Assembly: GCA_963822355.1 (NCBI GenBank)
Contig: CAWGHI010000007.1
Span: forward strand, 12,676 to 76,675
DNA length: 64,000 nucleotides
Source of the DNA: an uncultured Flavobacteriaceae bacterium
GTDB taxonomy: Bacteria; Bacteroidota; Bacteroidia; Flavobacteriales; Flavobacteriaceae
Direction of reading: 5' to 3'
Part shown: positions 45,671 to 55,465 of the stretch, piece after piece
Layout: each line of letters starts with the position of its first letter
Numbering within the stretch: the first letter of the stretch is position 1
The notes under the pieces: generated by a model
What the model was told of the DNA's origin: nothing
Seen by the model: the letters and a program-made list of their open reading frames with translations, nothing else
Database searches by the model: none
Made by a program: the position numbers and the translations under genes

Positions 45671-48223
45671 TTATTTGTTTATTATTAGTTTTTTGGTAAC
45701 CGATTGCTTCCCACTATTCACTTTCACCATATAAATACCAGCGGCAATTCCATCGGTTTTTACTGTGATGTTTTTATTTAAAGCGAAATTTCCATTGAAT
45801 AAATTCTTTATCTTTTTCCCCGAAATATCATATAGAATAACAGTTCCTTCCGTAGACATATTTTGGGTAATAGTAAATTCTAAAGTCGCTGGATTTGGGT
45901 AAAGTTTAATTGAATTTTCAGTGATTTCGCTACCATTAATGCTCAAAATATCGCTCACGTTATAGCTGTGCATTGCTCTTCCGAAAGTTCCTGCATAAAG
46001 TGTTTTGGTAGGTTCGTGAAATTTTAAATCCATAATTACCGTAAATGGGAGATTGTTTCCCAAAATAGTCCAATTCGCGCCGTCGTTCTTTGAATACCAA
46101 ACGTTTAAATCTGTTGCCACGAAAAGTATATTTTCTGCGGGATAGGTTACAATGTCATTCACGGGAATATTTGGCAAATTCGAAGAAATATCTGTCCAAT
46201 TTTGTCCGCCATCAGTGGTTTTGAAAACGTGTGGGGTATAATCCAAATATTTAAAACCGGAAACAGTTACATAGGCAGTCAAATCATTATCGGGAACCAT
46301 TGCGATGGAAGTAATGTATTGATCCGGCAAACCGGCACTAACGTCTGTCCATGTTGTGCCGCCATCAAAAGTAACATTCACATTTCCATCGTCACTTCCC
46401 GTATAAATTACATCAAGGTTATTATAGGAAGAAGCAATTGCCGTAAGTGTTCCGAAAGCAAGGGAACCACTTGGGTGCAGACCATCGGTTAAGTCGGGGC
46501 TGATTGCAGTCCAAAATGCCGCTTTATCTGAAGTATACAATCTATTGGTTCCGTAATACAATGTTTCGTGATCGAAGGGAGAAATTATTACAGGTGTATT
46601 CCAATTATTTCTATCGCTTCCGCTTATTCCGCTTGTTGCATTATTGAAATTGTTTCCGCCATTGGTACTTCGCCCGAGATTACCGTATTGGGATTCCACA
46701 TAAATATAATTATTGTCTACGGGATCAACATTCACATGAAAACCATCACCGCCCCAAATGGAATTCCAATCACTTGCGCCACCAGTAATGGTGCGGATCG
46801 TGTTGTTGTCCTGCGTACCGCCGTAAAGTCTTTCGGGTTGTGTTTTGTCAACTTCAATATTATAAAATTGGGTTATGGGAAGATTTAAAAATTTAGTCCA
46901 ATTACTGCCGCCGTTATCTGAAATATAAGCGCCGCCATCATTTCCGGCAAGCATAAAGTTGCTGTTTGTCCTAGAGAAATCCAGCGCATGATGATCTACG
47001 TGCATTCCGTTCAAGGTACTCCAAGATGAGCCACTATTGGTTGATTTTGCGATATCAAAGCCAACAATATAAACTTCTGAGGAATTTGTTGGATTAACGC
47101 GAACGTTTCCAAAATACCACCCAAAATTCGCATCAATGCCGCTCAACGCTCCCGCAGGTGTAACCAACGTCCAATTGTTTCCATTATCTGTTGATTTATA
47201 CAATCCATTAAATTCATTGGTGATTTCATTGGTAGTGAATCTGGCATAAACCGTTGAAGGATCTGATTCTGAAACAGCTATACCAATCCTACCTGTTTGT
47301 GCATTTGGAGCAGGAAGTCCGTTGGCAGCACCAAGTTGGATCCAAGTGGTTCCTCCATCCAAAGAACGATGAATTGCAGAAGTAACTCCACCGTAATCAC
47401 GTTGCCAAGGCTTGCGAGTGCGCTCCCACATTGCGGCATAAATGATGTTTGTATTTGCCACATTCATAGCAACATCAATCGCAGCGGTTGAATCGGTTAC
47501 AAATAATACCTGTTCCCAATTTGTTCCGCCATTAGTAGTTCTATAAATTCCACGCTCCACATTTTTTCCATATAATTGCCCCGTAGCTGCCGCAAATACG
47601 CGGTCTGGGTTTGTGGGATCAACCACAAGTCGGCCAATGTGATTGCTTTCCGGCAAACCAATATTCGTCCACGTATCGCCGGCATTGTCGCTTCTGTAAA
47701 TTCCGTCACCAAAATAAGCGCCGTCTGTAGCACTTCCATTGGCTTCTCCTGTACCAGCATAGATTCGTTGGGAATTTGAGGGAGCTATAGCAATATCGCC
47801 AATAGAAGGTTTTGTAACTTCATCAAAAATTGGAGTCCAATTTGCTCCGCCATCATAACTTCTGAAAATTCCACCCGTTGCTGTAGCCACGTAAAGATGG
47901 TCATCATTATCGGGTGCAATGGCCACATCAGTAACACGTCCACCGGTGTTCAATGGACCTATAAAAGTCCATTCGCCAGCTTGCTCGGGAGATCGATTTG
48001 CAATAATTTGTTTGCTTTGAAGAATGGCTTCTTTATACGCTTCTTTATTAATATAGTTGTTGGGATATGCACGTTGGTTGTACATCCATTCTGCGGGATA
48101 TTCCATTTTTCCAATTTCTTTTTCTGAAGCTTTTTCTTCTGAATTGTTTTTACAGCTCGATAAAAGAATGGCTGAAAGAAATATTGGTGCAATTATATTT
48201 AATGGGAGTTTGTGATTTTTCAT
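45671..48223 (-). CDS. BNR/Asp-box repeat (VPS10/sortilin-like beta-propeller) protein with T9SS type A sorting domain
   Basis: Repeated S.DGG..W / T.DGG..W boxes; GGTQDN; CTD LYPNP..GKKI..IAAGIYMVKV..KKLII. ATG 48223 gives a lipoprotein-like signal (LLSSC). Confidence 0.88.
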   Translation of the reverse strand: MKNHKLPLNIIAPIFLSAILLSSCKNNSEEKASEKEIGKMEYPAEWMYNQRAYPNNYINKEAYKEAILQSKQIIANRSPEQAGEWTFIGPLNTGGRVTDVAIAPDNDDHLYVATATGGIFRSYDGGANWTPIFDEVTKPSIGDIAIAPSNSQRIYAGTGEANGSATDGAYFGDGIYRSDNAGDTWTNIGLPESNHIGRLVVDPTNPDRVFAAATGQLYGKNVERGIYRTTNGGTNWEQVLFVTDSTAAIDVAMNVANTNIIYAAMWERTRKPWQRDYGGVTSAIHRSLDGGTTWIQLGAANGLPAPNAQTGRIGIAVSESDPSTVYARFTTNEITNEFNGLYKSTDNGNNWTLVTPAGALSGIDANFGWYFGNVRVNPTNSSEVYIVGFDIAKSTNSGSSWSTLNGMHVDHHALDFSRTNSNFMLAGNDGGAYISDNGGSNWTKFLNLPITQFYNIEVDKTQPERLYGGTQDNNTIRTITGGASDWNSIWGGDGFHVNVDPVDNNYIYVESQYGNLGRSTNGGNNFNNATSGISGSDRNNWNTPVIISPFDHETLYYGTNRLYTSDKAAFWTAISPDLTDGLHPSGSLAFGTLTAIASSYNNLDVIYTGSDDGNVNVTFDGGTTWTDVSAGLPDQYITSIAMVPDNDLTAYVTVSGFKYLDYTPHVFKTTDGGQNWTDISSNLPNIPVNDIVTYPAENILFVATDLNVWYSKNDGANWTILGNNLPFTVIMDLKFHEPTKTLYAGTFGRAMHSYNVSDILSINGSEITENSIKLYPNPATLEFTITQNMSTEGTVILYDISGKKIKNLFNGNFALNKNITVKTDGIAAGIYMVKVNSGKQSVTKKLIINK

Positions 48224-48288
48224 CAATAAAGAATTAGGATTTGTTTTTATGAATGGATATGGCAATGTGCTAACGGTAAATATCGCAA

Positions 48289-49089
48289 TTATTTGTTGGG
48301 ATACCAATCCAATTGTGTAACCTTAATATCAGAGCTTTCGCTTTCAACCAACGACTTAAATTTTGCAACATCGCTCAACCCTTCCGTACCCCGATAATGA
48401 TAGGGATAAACAGTTTTAGGTTGAAACGCCAAAACGGCTTCCGCAGCTTGCTGCACTGTCATTGTATAGGGCAGATTCATACAGATGAACGCAATATCAA
48501 TATTTTTAAGGTTACGCATTTCGGGAATATCTTCGGTGTCGCCCGAAATATAAACACGTTTACCGTTTCTTTCAAGAACGTAACCATTTCCTCTGCCTTT
48601 TTCATGAAACTTTAATGCTTCGGGTCGAAGATTATACATTGGGATTGCTTCAATTGTCATTTCAAAATCATTGATTATATCGCCATTGTTTATTACCTGC
48701 GTTTTATTTTGAAGACTTTGAGGCAACTTTTCAAAAACCGCTTTGGGAGCAAATAACATTGTTTTTTCCACTGCTATTGCTTCCAACGTAGCTATGTCCA
48801 TATGATCTCCGTGTATATCCGTAATTAGAACCATATCAGGTTCTGTAAATTTTGAATAGCTTTCTTCCCCACCAACCGGATCTACATAAATGATAGTGCC
48901 ATCCCAGTTAATTACCATGCTGGCATGCTCTACGGGATTGATGGTAAACCTCTTTTCCATTGCGGCTTCTCCGCCATCAACCTCTTTTGTGGGTGTATTG
49001 GTTATTGCTTCGGGTTCGGTTTTTTCTGAATTGCTTTTGCAACTTACAAACGCAATTGTCAGTACGAGTAAATAAATATAGAGTTTCAT
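48289..49089 (-). CDS. MBL-fold metallo-hydrolase, lipoprotein
   Basis: Lipobox FVSC; ITDIHGDH, YISGDT, MNLPYTM and PYHYRG motifs. Confidence 0.88.
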   Translation of the reverse strand: MKLYIYLLVLTIAFVSCKSNSEKTEPEAITNTPTKEVDGGEAAMEKRFTINPVEHASMVINWDGTIIYVDPVGGEESYSKFTEPDMVLITDIHGDHMDIATLEAIAVEKTMLFAPKAVFEKLPQSLQNKTQVINNGDIINDFEMTIEAIPMYNLRPEALKFHEKGRGNGYVLERNGKRVYISGDTEDIPEMRNLKNIDIAFICMNLPYTMTVQQAAEAVLAFQPKTVYPYHYRGTEGLSDVAKFKSLVESESSDIKVTQLDWYPNK

Positions 49090-49171
49090 AAATAATCCAT
49101 TTTAGATGAAAATACCAATATTAAGTGTATTGGTGAGTTTTACTTTTTCAATAGTATATAAAATATAAGAT

Positions 49172-50864
49172 TTACATTTTGCTGTCAATATATTCAATTG
49201 TTTCTTTTTCAGCCTGAATAGTAGCTGTGTAAATATCTTTTGCTCTTTTAAGAATGTCGTCTGCAAATTCTCTGTCCTTTATATCCTTCGCATTTATGCG
49301 CACATTGAAATAGGCTCCCAAAACCGCGGTTCTGGCGCAAAGGATTCCCACTCCGGCATCAGATAACGAGCTTTGCATGCCATCCTTTAACATAGCTTGC
49401 ATAACTTCCAGGGAATGATACGCGGTTTCCATTACTTGAAAAGGAATTTGTGTAGCGTATTTGGTTGCTTCTTCAATTGCAGCTTTTCTTTTGCTAACTT
49501 CATCTTCGGAACCTTTTGGCATCCTGAAACTCTCCATTATTTTGTTGAAGGCATTCGTGTCTTCATCTACCAAATACAACAACTGTTTTTTATACGCCTG
49601 ACCTTTTTCTGCCCATTGAGAAAAGAATTCCCATTTGTCGTCCCAACCCGCTTTATGTGCAGATAAGATTTGCGACCATAGTACCCAAAGCAACCCCCAA
49701 AGTGCCAACATAAGCTGCAATGGAACCACCGCCGGGAGCTGGAGATTCACCCGCTGTTTCATCGGCAAAATCATTCAACTTTAGATCTACCAATTTCTTT
49801 TCGCCCTTGTCAAGCATGTACTCGATAATTTTTTCATTTGGATTGAAAGGCTTTAAATCGTCCAATCCCAATGATTTAATGGCAATTTTAATTTTTTCAC
49901 TTTCTGAAATTCCCAAAGAACGTTGTTGCTTCACTAAAAAATAATCGGCTGCATCAAGCATTGCTTGCAAAGGAATCAATCCAATAAGTTCAGAACCAGT
50001 TACCCGTAAACCTCTCTCTTCAGCTGCTTTGCAGGTTTCGTCAAAGGCCACGTGCATAGAGGTAATGGAAATATTGGTAAGGTTGTACGAAATTTGTGCG
50101 ATGCCATATTCTTCTATATACCAACCAATACCTTTTACTGCTTTTAACTTTCCGGGGATCCGAACGGGCTCTCCATTTTTGTCCAAAACCTGTTTTCCGG
50201 TAATGGGGTTTCCCTCCCGTTTTACACGTCCTGCTTCGCGAATATCGAAAGCGATAGCGTTTGCTCTTCGGGTTGAAGTGGTGTTGAGGTTCACATTATA
50301 AGCAATTAAAAAATCACGCGCCGAAATAGCAATAGCTCCACTTTTTGCGATCTTATCATTAAATTCTGCAGGTCCAAAATCCGGTTTCCAGAGAGGATCA
50401 ATCAATTTTTTAGGTAGGCCTTCATATTCTCCGGCACGGCAGCTGGCGAGGTTTTTACGTTTGTCTTCCTTCGCCGCCTTTTCATAAAAATATCCGGGAA
50501 TACCAAGCTCTTTGCCTACTCTTTCACCCAATTTATGTGCATATTTGGCAGTTTCTTCCAAAGTGATGTTGGAAATAGGAACCAAGGGGCAAACATCGGT
50601 AGCGCCAAAACGAGGATGTGCTCCACTGTGTTTTGACATGTCAATAAGTTCCGAAGCTTTTTTAATTAATCTAAAGGCAGCTTCAATAACAGGTTCTGGT
50701 TCTCCCACAAAAGTGATGACGGTTCTGTTAGTTGCTTTTCCTGGATCAACATCCAAAAGCTTTACTCCTTCAACAGTTTCAACTATTTGGGAAATGGCTT
50801 TTATTTTTTCGGCATCACGGCCTTCACTTATGTTTGGAACACATTCTATTAACTGTTGTTTCAT
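49172..50864 (-). pseudogene. ftcd: Glutamate formiminotransferase/cyclodeaminase (bifunctional), +1 frameshift at ~49665; probably an assembly error
   Basis: ECVPNISEGR, HPRFGATDVCP, LIAYNVNL, PAPGGGSIAAY. Removing one base restores MVANLSAHKAGWD and the cyclodeaminase tail (DEDTNAF; SDAGVG; NVRIN). Confidence 0.88.
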
Positions 50865-50891
50865 GTTTTTTTATTTGTATAATATTGGAAT

Positions 50892-51894
50892 CTAAGCAAT
50901 TGCATCTGAAATTAAAAAAGAAATGGTTTTTCCAACCTGTGCTGAAAAATTTCCCAATAGTGGTGCGCCTTCACATATATGGAAATAAACACAATTCTCT
51001 TTTTTTGAAAAATACGATATAAATTTTCGCGCATCATTAATCGAAAAACCTCCCGGAGTCATAGCACTGCTGCCCATATCCTCGATAGCGTCCAAATCCA
51101 GTTCCAATCCAAAAGGAGCATTGCATATAAACATTTCCGCCTCTTTTATGCCTTCTGAAAACGACAATTTTTCATTGATAGCTATATCTTCAAAAAGGCT
51201 GAATTTTATCTGGTCCTGATGCAACAAAAGTCTATCGAAAACAAATTGGGATGTATAATTACGATGGAGCCCGAAAGTAAAATAACGATTCAGAAACCCA
51301 TCTTCAAAAGCATAGGAAAATCCATTGCCACTATGGCGGTATCCCAATGCCCTAAAATCGGTATGGGCATCAAAGTTTAGACAATTTACAGGGTTTTTAA
51401 GAGCTTCGGAAGCTCCCTTTAGGTTTCCATAGCTATTGTTGTGGCCGCCTCCAATAATAATTGGGAATTTCCCAGCTTCGATAATTGTTTTTACTATAAT
51501 GGAAACCTTATGGTCTATTTGCGTAACTAGCTCGCCCAGTTTTTCTACAGAATGGCCATCTTCCATTGAAAGGTTTTCAGCCTGTTGCATTTGGATATCA
51601 CAATCAATTTCACCTAACAAAATTACATTTCCTGCATCTGCAAAATAATTTAGCTGAATATTCAAAAAACTTTTTAAAGCAGCTTCCCAAGCTGTTGAAG
51701 TGCCGGCATTTCCATAGTTTGCACGAACCCCAATATCTTCCGGAATTCCTAAAAGAACATATTTTGCAGCATGGGTTTTTAAAGTCTTCCAGTTTTTCAA
51801 CAAAAGTTACTTTTTCACCAAATTTGGTTTCGCCAATTCTCTTTTTTATAAAAGAAGCAACATCCTTTTCAGAATAAATTTTTAAAAGCCCCAT
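50892..51894 (-). pseudogene. hutG: Formimidoylglutamase (arginase family), +1 frameshift at ~51782; probably an assembly error
   Basis: RIGETKFGE N-terminus in one frame; GIPEDIGVRAN, GGGHNNSY, DAHTDFR, HSGNGFS and ELDLD in the next. Removing one A of 51781-51783 joins EKLEDLKTHAAKY. Confidence 0.85.
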
Positions 51895-53129
51895 TATACT
51901 TCCTTCCCGTTTATGATAACCGAATCAATCAAATTGCTACCGAAAGCATAAGGTAAATACCCGTAGGAGGGAATCGGTTTTGTTATAATAAGATTTGCAG
52001 TTTTCCCTCTTGTAATACTACCGTGCGTTCGGCTCAAGCCCATTGCGTATGCACCATTGATTGTTGCTGCATTTATTGCTTCTTCGGGTGTTAAGCGCAT
52101 TTTTATACAAGCAGTGGCAACCACAAAATTCATATTTCCGCTGGGCGTGGAACCCGGATTATAATCTGTTGCGAGTGCTAAAGGCAATCCCGCATCAATT
52201 ATTTTTCTGCCAGGCGTATACGGAATACTTAAAAAGTAAGAGCAGGAGGGAAGCGCCACAGGCATAGTTTTGCTGTCTTTTAAGGCTTCCAAATCCTGGT
52301 CAGTCAAAACTTCTAAATGATCCACACTCAAGGCATTGTGTTTTACGGCCGCTGCAATTCCGCCTATACTGTTGAATTGGTTTACGTGAACTTTCGGGAT
52401 GAGGTTGTATTTTTTTCCTTCGGATAAAATACGTTCCATATCTGCCACCGAGAAATATCCATCTTCGCAAAAAACATCTATATATTCCGAGAGCTTTTCC
52501 GATGCTATTTTTGGTAGCATTTCATGACAGAGTAAATCTACATAACCTTCTTTGTTGTTTTTATATTCCATGGGAACTGCGTGCGCACCCAAAAACGTTG
52601 TTTTAATGGTAATTGGATATTCTTCGGAAAGTTTCTTTGCAACGCGTAACATTTTCAATTCGGCATCAGTGGTAAGTCCGTAACCGCTTTTTATTTCAAT
52701 GGCGCCGGTGCCTAGACTCATAACTTCCTCTAAACGTGTGGCAGATTGGTGGTACAAATCCTCTTCTGAGATTTCTTGCAATTTTTTGGCGCTGTTTAAG
52801 ATTCCTCCGCCTTTTTCAGCAATTTCTTGATAGCTGAGTCCGTTAATTCTATCTACAAATTCCTGTTCTCGATTGCCTGCGTAAACAATGTGGCTATGGC
52901 TATCGCACCAAGCTGGCATAACTATCTTCCCACTGCAATCAAATGTTTTAAAACCTTCGTGGTTTCCCATTTTATCCATTGTTCCGTAGTCTTCAATAAT
53001 GCCGTGGTTTATAAATACCCAAGCGTTTTTTAGAGTGGGTAATTCTTTCATCTCTTTTCCACTAAGTTTTGAGGGACAATTTTCGCGGACTTGTAACAAT
53101 TCTTTTATATGTGTGAGCAGTAATTTCAT
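51894..53129 (-). CDS. hutI: Imidazolonepropionase
   Basis: DSHSHIVYAG.R..EF, GGGI, EIKSGYGL, GAHA, DVFCE, SVDHLE and ATDYNPGS motifs. Confidence 0.96.
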   Translation of the reverse strand: MKLLLTHIKELLQVRENCPSKLSGKEMKELPTLKNAWVFINHGIIEDYGTMDKMGNHEGFKTFDCSGKIVMPAWCDSHSHIVYAGNREQEFVDRINGLSYQEIAEKGGGILNSAKKLQEISEEDLYHQSATRLEEVMSLGTGAIEIKSGYGLTTDAELKMLRVAKKLSEEYPITIKTTFLGAHAVPMEYKNNKEGYVDLLCHEMLPKIASEKLSEYIDVFCEDGYFSVADMERILSEGKKYNLIPKVHVNQFNSIGGIAAAVKHNALSVDHLEVLTDQDLEALKDSKTMPVALPSCSYFLSIPYTPGRKIIDAGLPLALATDYNPGSTPSGNMNFVVATACIKMRLTPEEAINAATINGAYAMGLSRTHGSITRGKTANLIITKPIPSYGYLPYAFGSNLIDSVIINGKEV

Positions 53130-53342
53130 GGGAATAATTTTATAGCAAAATTTTTTATAAAGATATAGAAACTAATTTCCATATGCGAAATTCCCATTTC
53201 CGAAGTTTTAAGGGAATTTAATGTGAACGTGGCGCAATTCAGAAAACAGATTATTTAAAATATATATAATTTTAAAGTGAGATTAATATTGATATATTTT
53301 TAAACTAATTTATACCTTTAAACAAAATGAAATTTATAGAGA

Positions 53343-54509
53343 ATGAAATTAAAGAACATAGGAATGAATACCGTCTGCACCCATATTGGTGAGGTAGAAG
53401 ACACACAGTTTAAAGGCGCAATTTCGCCCTTGTTTATGTCCAGCAGTTATGCTTATGAGGATGTTGATGTAAAACGCTATCCGCGCTATTTCAACACGCC
53501 AAACCAAGAGGCACTTTGCAAAAAAATAGCAATGCTGGAAAAGAGTGAATCCGCACTAATTTTTGGAAGTGGAATGGCCGCAATAAGTACTACTATGTTC
53601 GCATTTTTGCACAAAGGTGATCACGTTGTACTTCCGCAGACTTTATATGGCGGAACTTATAATTTCGTGGTTGAAGAGTTTCCTAAATTTGGAATTGAGT
53701 ATTCTTTTGCAAACGGTTTTTCCCAAGCGGATTTTACCGAGAAAATCAGGAAGAACACCAAAGTTATTTTTGTGGAAACTCCTTCAAATCCGTTAATGCG
53801 TATCACAGATTTGGAAATGATTTCAAAACTTGCAAAGCAACATGGAATTATAACAATGATTGATAATACGTTTGCTTCACCAGTAAACCAAACCCCGGCA
53901 GATTTTGGTATCGATATTATGATTCACAGCGCGACGAAATATATGGGCGGGCACAGTGATATTTTGGCGGGCGCCGTTGCTGCAAGTGAGGAAAACATTA
54001 AAAAAATCTGGAACCTCGCAAAAAATCTGGGAGGTAGCTTGAGCGATTATACGGTTTGGCTTTTGGAACGAAGTATGAAAACAATGGTTTTGCGAGTAAA
54101 AGCACAAAATAAAAATGCCAAAAAACTTTCAAGATGGTTAGAGAAACATCCGTTGGTGGAAAATGTTTATTACCCACGCCTAAAAAGTCATCCAGATCAC
54201 GAACTTGCAAAGAGACAGATGAAAGGTTTTACGGGAATGCTTTCATTCGAAATAAATGAATCGTTGAATGTTGGCGATTTTCTAAAAGCGTTGACCATGA
54301 TAAAACCCTCCATGAGTTTGGCTGGGGTGGAATCTACCATTCTTTCACCGGCAAAAACCTCGCACGCACTTCTTTCAGCGGAAGAACGGAAACGACAAAA
54401 TATAAGTGATGGCTTACTTCGTTTTTCTGTAGGTATAGAGGAAGTGGAAGATATAATTGCTGATTTGGAAGAAGCTTTCAAAAAGGTCTCTAAAATGGAA
54501 AAAATATAA
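53343..54509 (+). CDS. Cys/Met metabolism PLP enzyme (cystathionine beta-lyase/gamma-synthase family)
   Basis: YPRY.NTPN, SGMAAI, ETPSNP, DNTFASP and HSATKYMGGHSD motifs. Confidence 0.92.
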   Translation: MKLKNIGMNTVCTHIGEVEDTQFKGAISPLFMSSSYAYEDVDVKRYPRYFNTPNQEALCKKIAMLEKSESALIFGSGMAAISTTMFAFLHKGDHVVLPQTLYGGTYNFVVEEFPKFGIEYSFANGFSQADFTEKIRKNTKVIFVETPSNPLMRITDLEMISKLAKQHGIITMIDNTFASPVNQTPADFGIDIMIHSATKYMGGHSDILAGAVAASEENIKKIWNLAKNLGGSLSDYTVWLLERSMKTMVLRVKAQNKNAKKLSRWLEKHPLVENVYYPRLKSHPDHELAKRQMKGFTGMLSFEINESLNVGDFLKALTMIKPSMSLAGVESTILSPAKTSHALLSAEERKRQNISDGLLRFSVGIEEVEDIIADLEEAFKKVSKMEKI

Positions 54510-54519
54510 AATAAATATT

Positions 54520-55236
54520 ATGAAGATTGACATACTTGCCATTGGTGCGCACCCAGACGATGTGGAATTGGGATGTTCCGCGACCTTGGCAAAAGAAATA
54601 AACAACGGAAAAAAAGTAGGTATTTTAGATTTAACCCGGGGTGAACTCGGAACCCGCGGCACAGCTGAAATCCGCGATAAGGAAGCTGCAAACGCAGCAG
54701 AAATTTTAGGAGTAAAGTTTCGGCAAAATCTTGAGTTTTCGGATGGATTTTTGGTGAATAATGCTGCATCCCAACTTGAGATAATTAAAATAATTAGGAA
54801 ATATCAGCCCGATGTTGTGCTCTGTAACGCAATTGACGACCGACATATTGATCACGGAAAAGCCAGCAAACTGGCGAGTGACGCGTGTTTTTTAAGTGGA
54901 TTACAGAAAATTGAAACCATCTTAAACGGCAATAATCAAAAAGCTTGGCGGCCAAAACTAGTATATCATTATATACAATGGAAAAACATTGAACCAGATT
55001 TTGTGGTAGATGTTACAGGATTTTTAGAGAAGAAACTGGAAGCGGTTTTTGCATATAAAAGCCAATTTCACCAAAAAGAAGCCGATGAGCCCGAAACGCC
55101 AATTTCCTCCACCAATTTTAGAGATAGCATTACCTATCGTGCACAGGATTTGGGAAGGCTAATTGGAGTAGAGTATGGCGAGGGGTTCACTGCTGAGCGA
55201 TATCCGGCGGTAAATTCAATTTTTGATTTAATTTAA
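54520..55236 (+). CDS. bshB1: Bacillithiol biosynthesis deacetylase BshB1
   Basis: AIGAHPDDVELG, DLTRGE.GTRG, R..E...AA and RHIDH motifs. Confidence 0.9.
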   Translation: MKIDILAIGAHPDDVELGCSATLAKEINNGKKVGILDLTRGELGTRGTAEIRDKEAANAAEILGVKFRQNLEFSDGFLVNNAASQLEIIKIIRKYQPDVVLCNAIDDRHIDHGKASKLASDACFLSGLQKIETILNGNNQKAWRPKLVYHYIQWKNIEPDFVVDVTGFLEKKLEAVFAYKSQFHQKEADEPETPISSTNFRDSITYRAQDLGRLIGVEYGEGFTAERYPAVNSIFDLI

Positions 55237-55254
55237 ATTTCTTTAAAGTTAGTA

Positions 55255-55285
55255 TTGCGCAACCATAAGAATTGATTTATATTTG
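55255..55285 (+). promoter_or_regulatory. Bacteroidota sigma-70 promoter of tRNA-His (TTG-N20-TATATTTG)
   Basis: TTG at 55255-55257 and TATATTTG at 55278-55285, with 20-nt spacing. Confidence 0.65.
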
Positions 55286-55324
55286 CGTCCGCTTAGCGAA
55301 GTTGTGTTTTTAAACATAATTTAT

Positions 55325-55399
55325 GGTGGTTGTAGCTCAGCTGGTTAGAGCGCTTGATTGTGGTTCAAGAGGTCGCCGGTTCGAAACCGGTCTTCCACC
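55325..55399 (+). tRNA. tRNA-His (GTG)
   Basis: G-1, D-arm TAGCTCAGCTGGTTAGAGC, anticodon arm CTTGA-TTGTGGT-TCAAG, T-loop TTCGAAA, discriminator C73. CCA is not encoded. Confidence 0.95.
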
Positions 55400-55406
55400 C
55401 GAAAAT

Positions 55407-55437
55407 AAAATCCTCCCTTTTTGGGGAGGATTTTTTC
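55407..55437 (+). terminator. Rho-independent terminator (possibly bidirectional)
   Basis: AAAATCCTCCC-N6-GGGAGGATTTT followed by further T. Confidence 0.85.
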
Positions 55438-55465
55438 GTTTTAAGTTATTTTATAAATGTCCTTC

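Noticed and set aside
49113-49133. ACCAATA-N7-TATTGGT dyad between ftcd and the MBL hydrolase
   Set aside because: The stem is short and AT-rich with no clear U-tract. It cannot be distinguished from a weak terminator or chance.
51770-51790. Programmed ribosomal frameshift in hutG (TTTAAAAAC on the minus strand looks slippery)
   Set aside because: The required shift is +1, the heptamer is not in the X_XXY_YYZ register, and three other genes in the window carry the same kind of +1 lesion. Assembly error is more parsimonious.
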